Part shown: positions 29,620 through 39,071 of the stretch, piece by piece
Numbering within the stretch: position 1 is the stretch's first letter
How the letters are laid out: the number at the start of each line of letters is the position of its first letter
Source: an uncultured Gemmatimonadales bacterium
Lineage (GTDB): Bacteria > Gemmatimonadota > Gemmatimonadetes > Longimicrobiales > Gaopeijiaceae
DNA length: 64,000 nucleotides
Assembly (NCBI GenBank): GCA_963809895.1
Contig: CAWELD010000010.1
Span: 288,001-352,000, forward strand
Direction of reading: 5' to 3'
Made by a program: the position numbers and the translations under genes
The notes under the pieces: generated by a model
Databases searched by the model: none
Told to the model about the DNA's origin: nothing
The model's input: only the letters and a program-made list of their open reading frames with translations

Positions 29620-31125
29620 TCACCCCGCCGCCGTTACGGACGACGCGTCGCCGGCGGCGTCGGCGGGACGCTCGAGACGCTGCTCCTCGTGATACTCGAA
29701 GTCGGTGTTCACCGCCCAGATGTGGTGCGACGCGCCTTCCATGTTCCAGACGGCCATCATGGCCGTGAGCATGGAGTGGTCCTGATTGTTGTACTTGTGC
29801 ATCCCGTTACGCCCCACGGTGTGGAGGTTCGGGATGGGGTCGATCCAGCTCCGGATCGTGTCGACGTGCCCCTTGTAGTCCGCATCGTAGATCGGATACG
29901 CCTTGGGCATGCGAATGACGGTACCGTCCTCGACCCGAGCGTCGCCGGCCACGTCGAGCTCCGCCAGCTCGCGGGTCGCCAGCTCCACCAGGTCGTCGTC
30001 GTCCGAGGTCCACAGGCCGTCGCCCTCGAAGCAGAAGTACTCGAGCCCCAGGCAGGTCTTGCCGGGCTCGGGCACCATGGCTCGACTCCAGTTGTTGAAG
30101 TTCTGGATGCGTCCGACCCGCACGCCGGGCGTATGGACGTAGATCCAGTTGTCCGGGAACAGATCCTCCTGATCCATGATGAGCGCCACGACCAGGAAAT
30201 CGCGGTAGCGGAGTCCGTCCGCGGCCTGCAGCACCCCTTCGGGCGCGCTGGGGCTCAGCGAGCGTACCAACGTCCGCAGGGGCATGGACGAGATCACGTG
30301 GTCGCAGGCCACGACGCGCTCACCCTCGGGGGATCGCACCTCGACGCCAGTGACCTGGCCGTCCTGGACCCGCACCCGATCCACGTAGTGCTCGAGGAGC
30401 ACCTCGTTACCCATCGTCCGGATCTTGTCCGCGCACACCTCCCACATCTGTCCCGGTCCCAATCTCGGGTACTGGAACTCGTTGATCAGCGTCTTGATCT
30501 TCGTGGAGCGCTTGTTCAACGAGGCCGCCGACAGGATGGCCCGGTAGAGCGAGAGCCCTTTGATGCGCTGCGCGGCCCATTCGGCCCGGATCTCCGTGCA
30601 CGGGATTCCCCAGACCTTCTCCGTGTAGGTCTTGAAGAAGATCTCGTAGAGCTTCTTGCCGAAGCGGTTCGTGACCCACTGCTCGAAGTTCTCTTCCTCG
30701 GCGTACGGCCAGAAGTGCCAGCGCAGGTAGCTGAGCCCGATGACGAACGCCTTCCAGGGGCCCAGCCCCAGCAGGGCATTGGCGGGCTTGAGCGGATAGT
30801 GGAAGAACTTGCCGTCGTAGTGGATCCGCGACAGACGGGGGACGGAAATGAACTCGTCTTCCAGGATCTCGTGCCAGAGGGCTTCCACCGGCTCGATCTT
30901 GGTGAAGAAGCGGTGGCCGCCGATGTCGAAACGGAATCCCCGGTACTGCGCGGTCTGCGAGATCCCGCCGAGGATGTCCTCGCCCTCGAACACGGTCGTG
31001 CGGATGCCCCGCTTCGACAGCAGGTAGGCCGCCGTGAGACCCGCGGGGCCACCGCCGACCACCACGACGTGATCATGGGGTTGGAGCGGACGGACCGAGC
31101 GGGTCTCGGGGAGGGAGGCTTTCAT
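29620..31125 (-). CDS. FAD-dependent oxidoreductase (protoporphyrinogen oxidase / UDP-galactopyranose mutase-like superfamily)
   Basis: VVGGGPAGL, LGG.S, FDIGGHRFF, YTEKVWG, YPRLGPG, GRNGMHKYNNQDH. Confidence 0.88.
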   Translation of the reverse strand: MKASLPETRSVRPLQPHDHVVVVGGGPAGLTAAYLLSKRGIRTTVFEGEDILGGISQTAQYRGFRFDIGGHRFFTKIEPVEALWHEILEDEFISVPRLSRIHYDGKFFHYPLKPANALLGLGPWKAFVIGLSYLRWHFWPYAEEENFEQWVTNRFGKKLYEIFFKTYTEKVWGIPCTEIRAEWAAQRIKGLSLYRAILSAASLNKRSTKIKTLINEFQYPRLGPGQMWEVCADKIRTMGNEVLLEHYVDRVRVQDGQVTGVEVRSPEGERVVACDHVISSMPLRTLVRSLSPSAPEGVLQAADGLRYRDFLVVALIMDQEDLFPDNWIYVHTPGVRVGRIQNFNNWSRAMVPEPGKTCLGLEYFCFEGDGLWTSDDDDLVELATRELAELDVAGDARVEDGTVIRMPKAYPIYDADYKGHVDTIRSWIDPIPNLHTVGRNGMHKYNNQDHSMLTAMMAVWNMEGASHHIWAVNTDFEYHEEQRLERPADAAGDASSVTAAG

Positions 31126-31135
31126 GGGTGCGGTG

Positions 31136-32087
31136 TCAGCAGACGCGCTGAAGAGCGTCGCCGGGGCCGAAGGCGGCGCCGACCGCCTCACCGAAGCCCC
31201 AGGCGGCGGCGAAGAACGCGAGCAGGGGAAGGCCCTCGAGCACATCGCGGCGCAGCTCCGGACGGGTCCAACCCCTCCGGACAATGCGCACCAGAAGGAC
31301 CGCGGGCAACAGGAGCGAGCCCAGGGCTCGGAGGAGGCGGGCGACCCATCCCTCGAGACGCCGCCCACATGCCTGCATAGGAGCGAGAGAAGAGGAAGCG
31401 CTGCGCTGCGTAGTCGCGGGCCCGAGGGTAGTGCATGCGATGCGAGACCCGGATCTCGGGGCGGCATCGCAGTTCGATGCCCGCGTCGCGCATCGCGTCG
31501 TGCAGATGGCCCTCCCAGCGGTCCTCGGCCACGACCTTCCGGAACCGTTCCAGGACCTCCCGGTCGTAGACGACGTTGTTTCCGGTCACCGACGAGCAGG
31601 TGCCCCGGCGAATGGGCGCCAGCAGGTGTCCGTACTCGCACAGGAACGCCAGACGGTCCACGCGCGTGTCGGTGGCGCCGTTGACCACCGAGCCCCCGAC
31701 GACCGCGTGGCCATCGCTGCGAGCCTCGAGGAGGGCCGAGGCCCAGTCCGGCGGCACGATCACGTGGTCCTCCACCACCGCGACGGATGGGGCCGTCGCA
31801 CGATCGAAGCCCATCCGCCGCATCGTGGGAATGCCGGTGCTCGGAGGCACGGGCAGGACGCGCACCTGCGGAAAGCGGCCAGCCATGGCATTCTGCACGG
31901 CCGCGCCGCAGCGCTCGGGAACCAGGATCTCCAGCTGGAAGCCTCCTCGTTGGGCGTGCAGCGCGGCGAGACAATCGCGAAGGCAGGTGAGCCCGTTGAC
32001 GGACGGCACAACCACGGAAAGGTCCGGAATCCGGGCATGATCCGGCCCTCCCGCGCCCGATGAGGCACCATCCGGGCGACCCCTCAT
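31136..32087 (-). pseudogene. GT2-like protein (paralogue 3 of 4), one frameshift near 31345-31370 (possibly sequencing error)
   Basis: LSVVVPS, AVVEDH, FLCEYG, VTGNNVVYDR in one frame. The family C-terminus WGFGEAVGAAFGPG is in another frame ending at 31136. Confidence 0.75.
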
Positions 32088-32183
32088 CGGCGTCGCCGGG
32101 CGGTGCGCACCGAGGGCGGCGGCGCGCGCATCGAGTCTCCTGCCATGCGGTTCATCAAGGGCAAGCCTCGGACCAGCGGATGT

Positions 32184-33084
32184 TCACGGGCGGCGTTCGT
32201 CCAGACCGGGGCCGCGCACAGCCCCCACGGCTTCGCCGGCCGCCCATGCCGCGGCCAGCGCCAGGAAGGGCAGTGTGCCGCGCAAGAAGGAGATGCGATG
32301 GCCCGCCGTACCCAGGGCCACCCGGGCAGCCCGGGCGAAGAGCACCAGAGGGACGAATGGGCTGGGAATCAGGACGCGCGCCCTCGATTGGCCGTGCCGG
32401 ACCCGGGCGGCTCCGTGATGCCTGCCGTGTCGAAAGCGGTGCCGCAGGATCACGCCCAGAGGATAGGAGGGTCCGAGCTCGGCGGTGGCGGGGGGCACGG
32501 CCATGATCCTGCCGCCGTCCCGTTCGATCTCGTGATGGAGGTCCAGCTCCCAGAAGCCTCGGTGGTGACGGCCCACGAAGTCCCGGGCCTCGTCTCCACC
32601 GTACGCCGCGTTGTCACCGGGCACGTCGGCCGCGGGGCGCGTGGCGCCGCGGGTCAGCGTCAGAAAGCGGGCGTAGCGCAGGTAGCAGACGGCTCGGTCC
32701 AGGCCGCCCGCATCGGCAGCTGGGAACGATGCCGGCACCCGCGGCCCGCGCCCCCTCCTTCAGGGCCGACACCAGGGCCGTGGCCCAACCCGGAGGCACG
32801 ATGCAGTGCCCGGTGGTGAGGGCGACGTACCGGCCCGAGCTGCGCCGGATGCCCTCGGCCCACAGTTCCGGCACCAGAGTGCCGGGACGGCGCGAGAGGA
32901 CGGTCACCTCGGAGTCGTGGGCCCGGGCGAGAGCGGCCGAGCCGTCACCAGACGCGTCCACGACCAGGATTTCGGACTCGATCGCCGCGCAGCTTCGCGC
33001 CAGTGACGAGAGCGCCCGCTCGAGACTTCGTTCGGACTCGACGGAGGCGACGACGACGGTGAGGGTGGGGGAGGGCACCGTCAC
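32184..33084 (-). pseudogene. GT2-like protein (paralogue 4 of 4), one frameshift at ~32722 (possibly sequencing error)
   Basis: GTGA overlap with the upstream gene; LTVVVAS, ALTTGHC. After a shift at a GGG run: YLRYARF, DVPGDNAAY, WAAGEAVGAVRGPG. Confidence 0.75.
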
Positions 33085-34721
33085 CGTTCCACGGGGTCCA
33101 GGGGCTTCGCGAGCAGGCGGCGCAACTCGCCGCAGGATGCGCCGCTCGGTCCTTCGGGCCGCAGCCGCACCAGGACGGCGCGATTTCCGAAGGTGCGGAC
33201 GAGGTCGAAGTCCGCGCACGCATCCATGATTCGTTCGGCGGCCTGGAAGGTGTCCGGTCCGGGGACCCAGCCGAAGAACACGTACTGCACTCCGGCGGCT
33301 TCGAGACTGGTCCGAAGGGAGGCCTCGCCCCGCATGACACGGTAGGCCGGGAGCACCGGGTGGTCGGAGACGTAGGTGAAGGTCGCATCCTTGATGGAGA
33401 CGACCGGCTCGCCCCGGGGCATGGAGTCCCGGATGAAGTCGAGACCGTCGAAGAACGCCTGTTGGGCGGGAAGGTGGCATGACTCGCCGCTCCCCTCCTC
33501 GTCACACACCCCGTTCGCGGAGGCCATCAACTGCAGATCGCGGCGCGATGCACACAACACCAGCAACAACGCCACGGCCAGGGTGAACGCTCCCCGTCTG
33601 GCCTTCGACACGACGCTTGCGGCCCCCACGATGACGCTCAGCACGATGAGCGGCAGGATGGGCACGAGAAACCGGTCGAGCACCCAGGGCCAGACCAACA
33701 GCAGGCCGACGTAGGTCGTCAGGTAGAGTCCCGCTCCGCGCCAACGGCGCCAGACCACCACGAACCCCACGGCCCCGAACCCGAACAAGAGTCCGATCCC
33801 GACAATGTTGTCGATGGGTGTTCCGGCGATGTGAGGGAGTCCGAAGGCCACGGGGACCTCGTGGGTTCCGTAGCGGACCACGCCGTGCGCCATTCTGTGG
33901 ATCAGGACCCGGAGCGGGCCCGGCGAAGCCTCCGACACGCCGGCGGTGGCGAGCGCGTCGGCGATGTAGGACCGGCCGACGACACGATTTCCCGCCACCA
34001 CCGTCCACAGCAACCAGCTTCCCACGGTGGCCGATGCGGTCACGAGCAGGAGAGCCGCGGCCTTCCAGCGGCGCTCGAGCAGCCAGAGAAGGAACAGCGC
34101 CGCGAGCATCGTCACACCGATGCTGCGCGTGAGCGCCGCCAGGATGGCGAGGGCTCCGGCCGAGGCCAACCAACCGGCGCTCCGCGGCTTGACGGCGAGG
34201 ATCCAGAGGACGCCGACGGTGAGCGCCGTGTAGGGCGCGTCCGCCAGCACGTTGGCCGCCGGGCCGATGGGGTAGAGCCACGCCGGAACGAGGGCGGCGA
34301 CGCCCAGCGTGGCGACGGCCACGGTTGGAGACCACAGCCGCCGGGCCACGTCGAACACCATGGCCAGGGCAACGAGCGAGAAGGCGAGGTTGGCAATGAT
34401 GAACAGCGTCCAGCGCTCGCCGAACAAGCTGCTGATCACCGCCAGGAAGAACGGATATCCCGGAGGATACTGCGTGTGGTAGGGCGCCCCCAGGATGTGC
34501 CAATCCAGGTACTGGAAGGACCGGAGCGAGCGAGCCAGGAGGATGTACTGAGCGTCGTCGTTCCGGACGCGCGGGCCCGGAAAGTGGAAATGCCAGGCCA
34601 GGACGGCGAACAGGACCAACGTGGCCGCGCCGCAAAACAGAGCCCAACCGGGCGTGGGCTCGGTGGGCTCATGTGCGGAACTGACCGGTGCGCCGGGGGG
34701 GCTCGGACGGTGGGCACGCAT
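33081..34721 (-). CDS. GT-C fold membrane glycosyltransferase (ArnT/PMT-like)
   Basis: First-loop NDDAQY..LA motif, YPPGYP, about 11 TM helices, LTRSIG, RFLVPILP, C-terminal soluble domain. Start approximate. Confidence 0.8.
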   Translation of the reverse strand: MRAHRPSPPGAPVSSAHEPTEPTPGWALFCGAATLVLFAVLAWHFHFPGPRVRNDDAQYILLARSLRSFQYLDWHILGAPYHTQYPPGYPFFLAVISSLFGERWTLFIIANLAFSLVALAMVFDVARRLWSPTVAVATLGVAALVPAWLYPIGPAANVLADAPYTALTVGVLWILAVKPRSAGWLASAGALAILAALTRSIGVTMLAALFLLWLLERRWKAAALLLVTASATVGSWLLWTVVAGNRVVGRSYIADALATAGVSEASPGPLRVLIHRMAHGVVRYGTHEVPVAFGLPHIAGTPIDNIVGIGLLFGFGAVGFVVVWRRWRGAGLYLTTYVGLLLVWPWVLDRFLVPILPLIVLSVIVGAASVVSKARRGAFTLAVALLLVLCASRRDLQLMASANGVCDEEGSGESCHLPAQQAFFDGLDFIRDSMPRGEPVVSIKDATFTYVSDHPVLPAYRVMRGEASLRTSLEAAGVQYVFFGWVPGPDTFQAAERIMDACADFDLVRTFGNRAVLVRLRPEGPSGASCGELRRLLAKPLDPVER

Positions 34722-34777
34722 CCCTTCACAGTACTGCCGGAAGGGCTCTACGGGCCAGGGTCGAGCCTGGCCGTGGC

Positions 34778-34808
34778 GCCGGGCCCCGATGACGGTTCGG
34801 GGCCCGGC
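34778..34808. terminator. Intergenic hairpin after the 34819-35523 gene
   Basis: GCCGGGCCCCGA...TCGGGGCCCGGC 12-bp stem; no clear U tract. Confidence 0.4.
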
Positions 34809-34818
34809 CCCCTCGGCG

Positions 34819-35523
34819 TCAGTTCTTCGTCATGCGCAGGTTCGTGACCAGACCCTCGGTGTTGTGACCGAATCGGATCCCGTAGGCGCCGTCGGTGGAT
34901 GCGAGCTTGCCCTGGGTCACGACATCGGCCTTGTCGTAGCTGGCCACCACCGTGCCGTTGATGGAGCACGACACCGTGGATCCCTTGACCGACATGGCGA
35001 TCTCCTGGGACACGGGCTCACCCTGGCCGGCGGCCTTGTGTACGGCGTCGTTGGCCTCACCGCGTCGCCCGTTCATCTGGAAGGGCTCCGGACCGAATCC
35101 CCGGACGATGAAGGTGCCGTTCCCGTAGGCCGCGCAGTAGAGGTAGGTCTCCTGGGGAGTGCCCATGCCGCTGCCGGCGATGACGAGGCCGTAGGGATGG
35201 GGATGGTCGTTGCGGTTCATGTACTGCGGCTCGGTGAACGTCGCCGACACCGTGTAGTCGCCGCTGGCCTGGTTGGCCGGGTTCCAGTAGGTGATGGCGG
35301 GGCCCGTGGTCACGTGCAGCGCATCGCCGTCCTGCGCGAGCTTGGAATCCTGCACGGTGTGGCCCGCCTGGACGTCCGACGGGGCGAGCGTGCCCATCCA
35401 GCCTGCCACCGAGATTCCTCCGTCGGTGATCTTGCGCGTGGTTTCCTGGGCGTGCACGGGGGCCGTCGCGGCGCCCAGTGTGAGACAGGTGACGGCGAGC
35501 AATGAAACGCTCGTGCGGTGCAT
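34819..35523 (-). CDS. Secreted hypothetical protein, beta-sandwich-like
   Basis: RBS GAGGAGG, signal peptide ending VHA-Q, strong codon bias. Confidence 0.8.
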   Translation of the reverse strand: MHRTSVSLLAVTCLTLGAATAPVHAQETTRKITDGGISVAGWMGTLAPSDVQAGHTVQDSKLAQDGDALHVTTGPAITYWNPANQASGDYTVSATFTEPQYMNRNDHPHPYGLVIAGSGMGTPQETYLYCAAYGNGTFIVRGFGPEPFQMNGRRGEANDAVHKAAGQGEPVSQEIAMSVKGSTVSCSINGTVVASYDKADVVTQGKLASTDGAYGIRFGHNTEGLVTNLRMTKN

Positions 35524-35691
35524 GGTGCCTCCTCTCAGCGGGAAGGGTTTGGACTGCCGAGCCACGACACGGGTACAGAGTCGCGCCCGAAGTCGCCATG
35601 GTTTCCAGTACGGACTCGCCTTCGCGGATCCACGGCTCCAGGTTCCTCGGGCGAACCCGATCAGCTCCTCTCCCCTAACGCGGAAGGCGTC

Positions 35692-36666
35692 ATGGAGTTC
35701 CAGGACCTCACCCTCGGCGACCTGCGCGACCTGTCCCAGATGACCGTGCTCGTGGCGGTGTGTGCCGACGCCGGGCTGTTTCGAGCGCTCGCCGAAGCGC
35801 CGGTCACGCCCGGCGTTCTCGCGGCGCGGTTGGGCATCGACCGTCGGGCCACCCGCATCGTACTGCAGGCGCTGGTGGAGACGGGGCTTCTCGTGGAGGA
35901 GGGTGGGGCGTTCCGGCCCGGACCGCGGTGCCGCCGGGAGCTGTGCGACCCCGACGACTCGGCGTATGTCGCCGGGGGATTGCCCCATTGGCTCGAGACG
36001 GTGCGGGCCTGGACGCACCTGGGTGAGGTGTTGAAGCGGGGAGGTCCGCTGGAGCCCGGCGCGCTGGACGACGATCCGGAGTCGCTGGCGCACTACATGG
36101 CCGCCATGGCGGCGGCACCGGCCGCACGCGTCGAGCGACTCGTGGACCTCTGCCTGGCCCGCAATCCCGGGGCGCGCTCGATCCTCGACCTCGGCGGCGG
36201 GCCCGGGCACATGACCAGGGCCTTCGTCGCCCGTGGGCTGAAAGGCACGCTCTTCGATCGCCGCCACATTCTCGATCACGTGGTCCAGGCCTATGGGCTG
36301 GACCGCGTCGAGGGGCTCGAGACGGTGGCCGGGGACGCTCCCGGCGACCCGCTCCCGGAGGGCCCTTTCGACATCGTCCTGCTCTCCAACGTGGTCCACA
36401 TCCACTCGTCCGACGTGAATCGGGCCCTGCTCGCCCAGGTGGCGCGCGTCACCCGCGAAGGCGGTGTGGTGGCGGTGGCGGACATGCTCCGGGGGCGGAG
36501 CGGCCGGGCGGCCCGTTTCGGCGTGCAGATGCTCCTCATGACCGACGAGGGCGACGCGTATTCCGCCGACGACATCCGGGGATGGATCGAGCCGGAGGGG
36601 TTCGGCGACGTCCAGGTCGAGGACCTGGAGCCGGATCGGCAGCTTCTCACGGCGGTGAAGGGGTGA
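35692..36666 (+). CDS. O-methyltransferase (Methyltransf_2 with N-terminal dimerisation domain)
   Basis: N-terminal HTH-like GLF..LAE...LAARLG; ILDLGGGPG, FD, AGD, LSNVVH. Confidence 0.88.
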   Translation: MEFQDLTLGDLRDLSQMTVLVAVCADAGLFRALAEAPVTPGVLAARLGIDRRATRIVLQALVETGLLVEEGGAFRPGPRCRRELCDPDDSAYVAGGLPHWLETVRAWTHLGEVLKRGGPLEPGALDDDPESLAHYMAAMAAAPAARVERLVDLCLARNPGARSILDLGGGPGHMTRAFVARGLKGTLFDRRHILDHVVQAYGLDRVEGLETVAGDAPGDPLPEGPFDIVLLSNVVHIHSSDVNRALLAQVARVTREGGVVAVADMLRGRSGRAARFGVQMLLMTDEGDAYSADDIRGWIEPEGFGDVQVEDLEPDRQLLTAVKG

Positions 36667-36703
36667 CCGGAAGGCCCCGCCGGGACGAGGCGGCTCGCGG
36701 ACA

Positions 36704-36944
36704 TCAGTCGGACCTCAGACTCCGGACCGGGTCGATGCTCGCAGCCCGCAGGGCAGGCGCCGAGCAGGCCGCGGCGGCTGCCGACAGGAGCAGGGCCACG
36801 ACGATTCCCGGGGTGAGTGGGTCGTACGCGGACACCTGGTAGGGGAGCGTCGACAGCACGCGGCAGCAGGCTGCCCAGGCTCAGGGTCTTCAGGATGATC
36901 ATGTCCAGGGTGCCCTGGATGATGTCGGTATTCGGCTCGGTCAT
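36704..36944 (-). pseudogene. Deletion remnant: PadR N-terminus fused out of frame to an ADOP-type ABC permease C-terminus
   Basis: ATG 36944 MTEPNTDIIQGTLDMIILKTLSLG. Another frame reads VLSTLPYQVSAYDPLTPGIVVALLLSAAAAACSAPALRAASIDPVRSLRSD* (stop at 36704). Confidence 0.8.
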
Positions 36945-36986
36945 TCCTTCCCTCTGCTCCTGGGCGTCCTCGGGGACGTGACGAAC

Positions 36987-37172
36987 CAGTCCTGGTGTTT
37001 GCAGCCACGGAGCGGTACGGCCGGGGTGCCGGGCGGCGGACGCCATGACAGTCCTGGTGTTTGCAGCCACGGAGCGATGCGGCCGAGGGTCCGGGCGGCG
37101 GACACCATGACAGTCCTGGTGTTTGCAGCCGCGCAGCAAAGCGGCCGAGGTCTCGGGCGGCGAACACCATGA
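36987..37172. repeat. Three tandem 62-bp imperfect palindromic repeats
   Basis: Units start at 36987, 37049 and 37111. Each has invariant CAGTCCTGGTGTTTGCAGCC, central CGGCCG and terminal CGGGCGGCG(G/A)AC(G/A)CCATGA. Confidence 0.95.
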
Positions 37173-37321
37173 CCACATCTTGATTGTCATGGGATGATTG
37201 TCAGGGCATAGGATACACGCTGCAGCGCCCCGGGGGGATCTTGCGCTCGCTCCCGGGGGGCTGCCCCTTGCCCACGTTCCACCTCACATCCGCGCCTTCC
37301 TCCTCTCCGCACCGGTCCCGT

Positions 37322-37855
37322 ATGGATATCCTCCTGGCCAGCCCGATCCTGGGCCCGATCCTGATCTTCCTGCTCCGCATCTGCGATGTTTCGCTGGGGA
37401 CGCTGCGCATGATCCTGGTGCTCAGGGGCGCCAGGACCTGGGTGCCGGTCCTCGCCGCCGTCGAGTCGCTGATCTGGGTCCTGGCCGTGGGGAGCGCGAT
37501 CCGCAACCTGACCAGTCCTCTCCACCTCGCGGGCTACGCCGGCGGATACGCCACGGGCAACCTGGTCGGGATGTGGCTGGAGGGGAAGCTGGCCCTCGGC
37601 CTCGCCACGCTCCGCGTATTTTCGAAGGGCAGCGGAGTGGAGGTGGCCGAGGCGCTTCGCGAGAACGGGGTGGGCGCCACCGAGTTCGTGGGGCAGGGAC
37701 GGGAAGGGCGCGTGGAGATGATCTACAGCGTGGTGAAGCGCCGTCACGTCGTCAGCGCGATCAAGGTCGTCGAGGCCCGGGACCCCGACGCATTCATCGC
37801 CGTCGACGAGCCGCGGGTGGTGCGCCGCGGTCAGTTCCTCATGAAGCGGCGGTAG
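37322..37855 (+). CDS. DUF2179/DUF5698 membrane protein
   Basis: IFLLRICDVSLGTLR, E..IW, YAGGYATG..VG..LE.KLALG, LRE.G.G.T...GQG. Confidence 0.88.
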   Translation: MDILLASPILGPILIFLLRICDVSLGTLRMILVLRGARTWVPVLAAVESLIWVLAVGSAIRNLTSPLHLAGYAGGYATGNLVGMWLEGKLALGLATLRVFSKGSGVEVAEALRENGVGATEFVGQGREGRVEMIYSVVKRRHVVSAIKVVEARDPDAFIAVDEPRVVRRGQFLMKRR

Positions 37856-37870
37856 CTGGCCCCGGGGGGC

Positions 37871-37913
37871 TTGAACCGCCTCCAGGCAGATGATATATAG
37901 AGTGGCGGTATGT
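37871..37913 (+). promoter_or_regulatory. Putative sigma70 promoter overlapped by an imperfect palindrome
   Basis: TTGAAC (37871-76), 17 nt, TATATA (37894-99); GATATATAG-N5-CGGTATGTC overlaps the -10. Confidence 0.55.
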
Positions 37914-37940
37914 CGACACTCTGAATATCAAGGAGCGCGG

Positions 37941-39071
37941 ATGCGACGGGTCCTACCCGGTGTGGTCGTGGTGCTCGTGGGTTGTGGTGGCGGTGGTGGT
38001 GATGTCTCCGTTGGCGGGGTCGCGGCGGACTCGGCGGGGGTGCGGGTCTGGTCGATCCCCGCGGGCGAGCATCCGGCGGAGCTCGCGGTGGAGCGTGTGC
38101 ACGGCTTCGCTCTGCCCGATTCGGGCTGGACCGTGTGGACCGACGGCATCGCGGCGGACCCCGAAGCCGGCATCGTATACGTGCTCGACGAGACCGCGGC
38201 GCGGGTCCTGGCATTCGGAGTCGACGGCCGCTTCCTGCGCCAGGTCGGTCGCAAGGGGCAGGGCCCCGACGAGTATCAGGATCCCACCGCGATCACCGTC
38301 GACGACGACGGCAATCTGGTCGTGTTCGATCCCGGTACCGGCTCCGTCCGCCGCTGGTCTCGTGAGGGAGAGTACCTTCCTAGCGAACCCCTGGAGCCCG
38401 GATTCTGGGGGCCGGGGCTGGCCGCGTCGCCACGCGGGTTGGTATACGCGACCGCTTCCGGCGAGGAAACGGGCACCATGATCGAGGCACTCGTGTCGGT
38501 GGGCCCTGACGGTGTGGATACCCTCTCCACGGTGGAGTCGTACTGGAAGCCCCTGGAGATGCCGTGTGGCCGCGTATCCGTGCCCGAGGTCTTCTCCCTC
38601 GGGTCGGTGTGGGGTGCGCGGGGGTCGCTGGTGGCGAGCGCGTCTGTGCCGCGCTACGAGGTGACCGTTCGAGGAGGCGGCGCCCCCCGCACCATCTACC
38701 GTTGGGACGTCCCGCCCCGGGCCATCGACCGGGAGGAGGCGGAGGCGTTCGTGGTGGCCGGGCCGCTCAGCTTTCTGGTCGAGCACTGCGGTATGACGGC
38801 GGCGGCCGTGGCCGAACGGGCCGGGTGGGTCGAAGAAGTGAGCCCGATCTTCCTCCTGAGTCTGGACGGGGCCGACAGGGTCTGGGCTGCCCGGGGAGTC
38901 GCACCCGAGGTGGAGGCCATCGACGTCTTCGATCCGGACGAAGGCTACCTGGGGACCCTGCGATCCCCCGCCTTTCCCGTGCTCTTCCTCGACGACAGCC
39001 GGTATCTGACCATCCTGCCGTCGGACTTCGGGAGCACGGTGGAGCTGTGGAGGGTGGTGCCGGAGGGGTAG
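37941..39071 (+). CDS. 6-bladed beta-propeller (NHL-like) lipoprotein
   Basis: RBS AAGGAG, lipobox LVGC, VYVLD...FGVDGRFLRQVGRKGQGPDEY, DVFDP..GYLG. Confidence 0.85.
   Translation: MRRVLPGVVVVLVGCGGGGGDVSVGGVAADSAGVRVWSIPAGEHPAELAVERVHGFALPDSGWTVWTDGIAADPEAGIVYVLDETAARVLAFGVDGRFLRQVGRKGQGPDEYQDPTAITVDDDGNLVVFDPGTGSVRRWSREGEYLPSEPLEPGFWGPGLAASPRGLVYATASGEETGTMIEALVSVGPDGVDTLSTVESYWKPLEMPCGRVSVPEVFSLGSVWGARGSLVASASVPRYEVTVRGGGAPRTIYRWDVPPRAIDREEAEAFVVAGPLSFLVEHCGMTAAAVAERAGWVEEVSPIFLLSLDGADRVWAARGVAPEVEAIDVFDPDEGYLGTLRSPAFPVLFLDDSRYLTILPSDFGSTVELWRVVPEG

Noticed and set aside
28747..31380. Long antisense ORFs (877 aa here; also 13661-15589, 17671-19524, 3370-5079, 61835-63409)
   Set aside because: They mirror well-supported genes on the opposite strand, have no motifs, and are expected in high-GC DNA.
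36987..37172. CRISPR array interpretation of the 62-bp repeats
   Set aside because: The would-be spacers are clearly homologous to each other, there are only three units, and no cas genes are in the window.
37856..37885. tRNA T-arm-like fragment (reverse GGTTCAAGCC) as a possible attachment site
   Set aside because: The stem is imperfect, there is no acceptor or anticodon arm and no integrase, and it is better explained as a -35 box.
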